Below, piece by piece: positions 63,549 to 64,000 of a DNA stretch of 64,000 nt. The position numbers were made by a program, and so were the translations under genes. The notes below the pieces were generated by a model. That model saw nothing but the letters and a program-made list of their open reading frames with translations. It had not been told where the DNA came from and ran no database searches. Position 1 is the first letter of the stretch. Each line of letters starts with the position of its first letter. Source of the DNA: a virus (taxonomy: Duplodnaviria; Caudoviricetes); the IMG/VR virus record IMGVR_UViG_3300033177_000258; one strand, given 5' to 3'.

Positions 63549-64000
63549 GGGCGTCACAGACCGTTACCAGGCCGGCGCAGGCCCCACAGGATGCTTCGGC
63601 GTACTTGCGTACCGTTCCCGAGCGCCTGAGAGGCCCCAAGCGGTGCCCGTGAGCCCTGGCCTGGGCTCTAGGTCTGGCATGGCGTGGTTCACCTGTTCCT
63701 TCCGGTTCTTTTCCGGTTCTTGGTGGCTTCTTGGCAAGAAAACATCCCTCTATACCGGGGGAAACGTCCAAATGTACCCGTTTGGGGGGGCAAACTACCG
63801 GAAGGGCCCTTCCGGTTCTTGCCTATCCCACTGCTGTGCGCACGATTGCGGGCGCTGCGCGCCCTTCTGCCTGCCTCCCTGCGGGAGCCACGATTGCGGG
63901 CGCTGCGCGCCCTTCTGCCTGCCTCCCTGCGGGAGCCACGATTGCGGGCGCTGCGCGCCCTTCTGCCTGCCTCCCTGCGGGAGCCACGATTGCGGGCGCT

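Larger units (their letters stand above)
42355..63852 (-). repeat. Dispersed element CCGCAATCGTGCGC-N6-RRTRTAAG (~20 copies), putative phage promoter or cassette boundary
   Basis: Plus-strand GCGCACGATTGCG at 42371, 45521, 46534, 48530, 50718, 51387, 52291 (variant), 53119, 54440, 54511, 55770, 56639, 57185, 58266, 59737, 60216, 60994, 62031 (variant), 62312, 63838. Confidence 0.9.
60135..64000. repeat. 48-bp repeat CACGATTGCGGGCGCTGCGCGCCCTTCTGCCTGCCTCCCTGCGGGAGC, single and tandem copies
   Basis: Copies at ~60135 (partial), 60219, 60997-61140 (x3), 62034, 62895-62961, 63841-64000 (x3+). Confidence 0.95.

Noticed and set aside
42355-63852. Dispersed box as an XerC/D dif (pdif-like) site or integron attC
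   Set aside because: CGTGCGCnnnn and AGATGTAAGCT resemble dif arms but lack the 6-bp central spacer; no attC-type long imperfect palindrome; no integrase in the window.
60997-64000. CRISPR array from the 48-bp, 19-bp or 20-bp repeats
   Set aside because: Copies are head-to-tail with no unique spacers, and there are no cas genes in the window.

Overview
This 64-kb, GC-rich window is a segment of a large (jumbo-type) dsDNA bacteriophage genome with no virion structural genes. The left ~40.5 kb (+ strand) holds DNA metabolism genes (RecA, UDG-HD, UvrD, SNF2 helicase, DnaX, DNA methyltransferases, a sigma-70-like factor), three inteins, cell-wall hydrolases, radical-SAM and methyltransferase accessory genes, and a tRNA cluster invaded by five free-standing homing endonucleases. 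The right ~23.5 kb (- strand) holds RuvB and many small hypothetical genes, organised into units each headed by a conserved CCGCAATCGTGCGC-N6-RRTRTAAG element (~20 copies); near the end this element is embedded in 48-bp tandem repeats. The most notable signal is a TnpA-less TnpB system: two intact TnpBs, one 5'-truncated copy, fragments, and orphan omega-RNA cassettes. In two cassettes the first 12-13 nt of the guide are a synonymous variant of the immediately adjacent phage gene, whose own copy differs only at wobble positions. This suggests RNA-guided intronless homing or allele exclusion between related phages, with self-immunity by recoding. All calls come from manual motif reading; no database searches were run.
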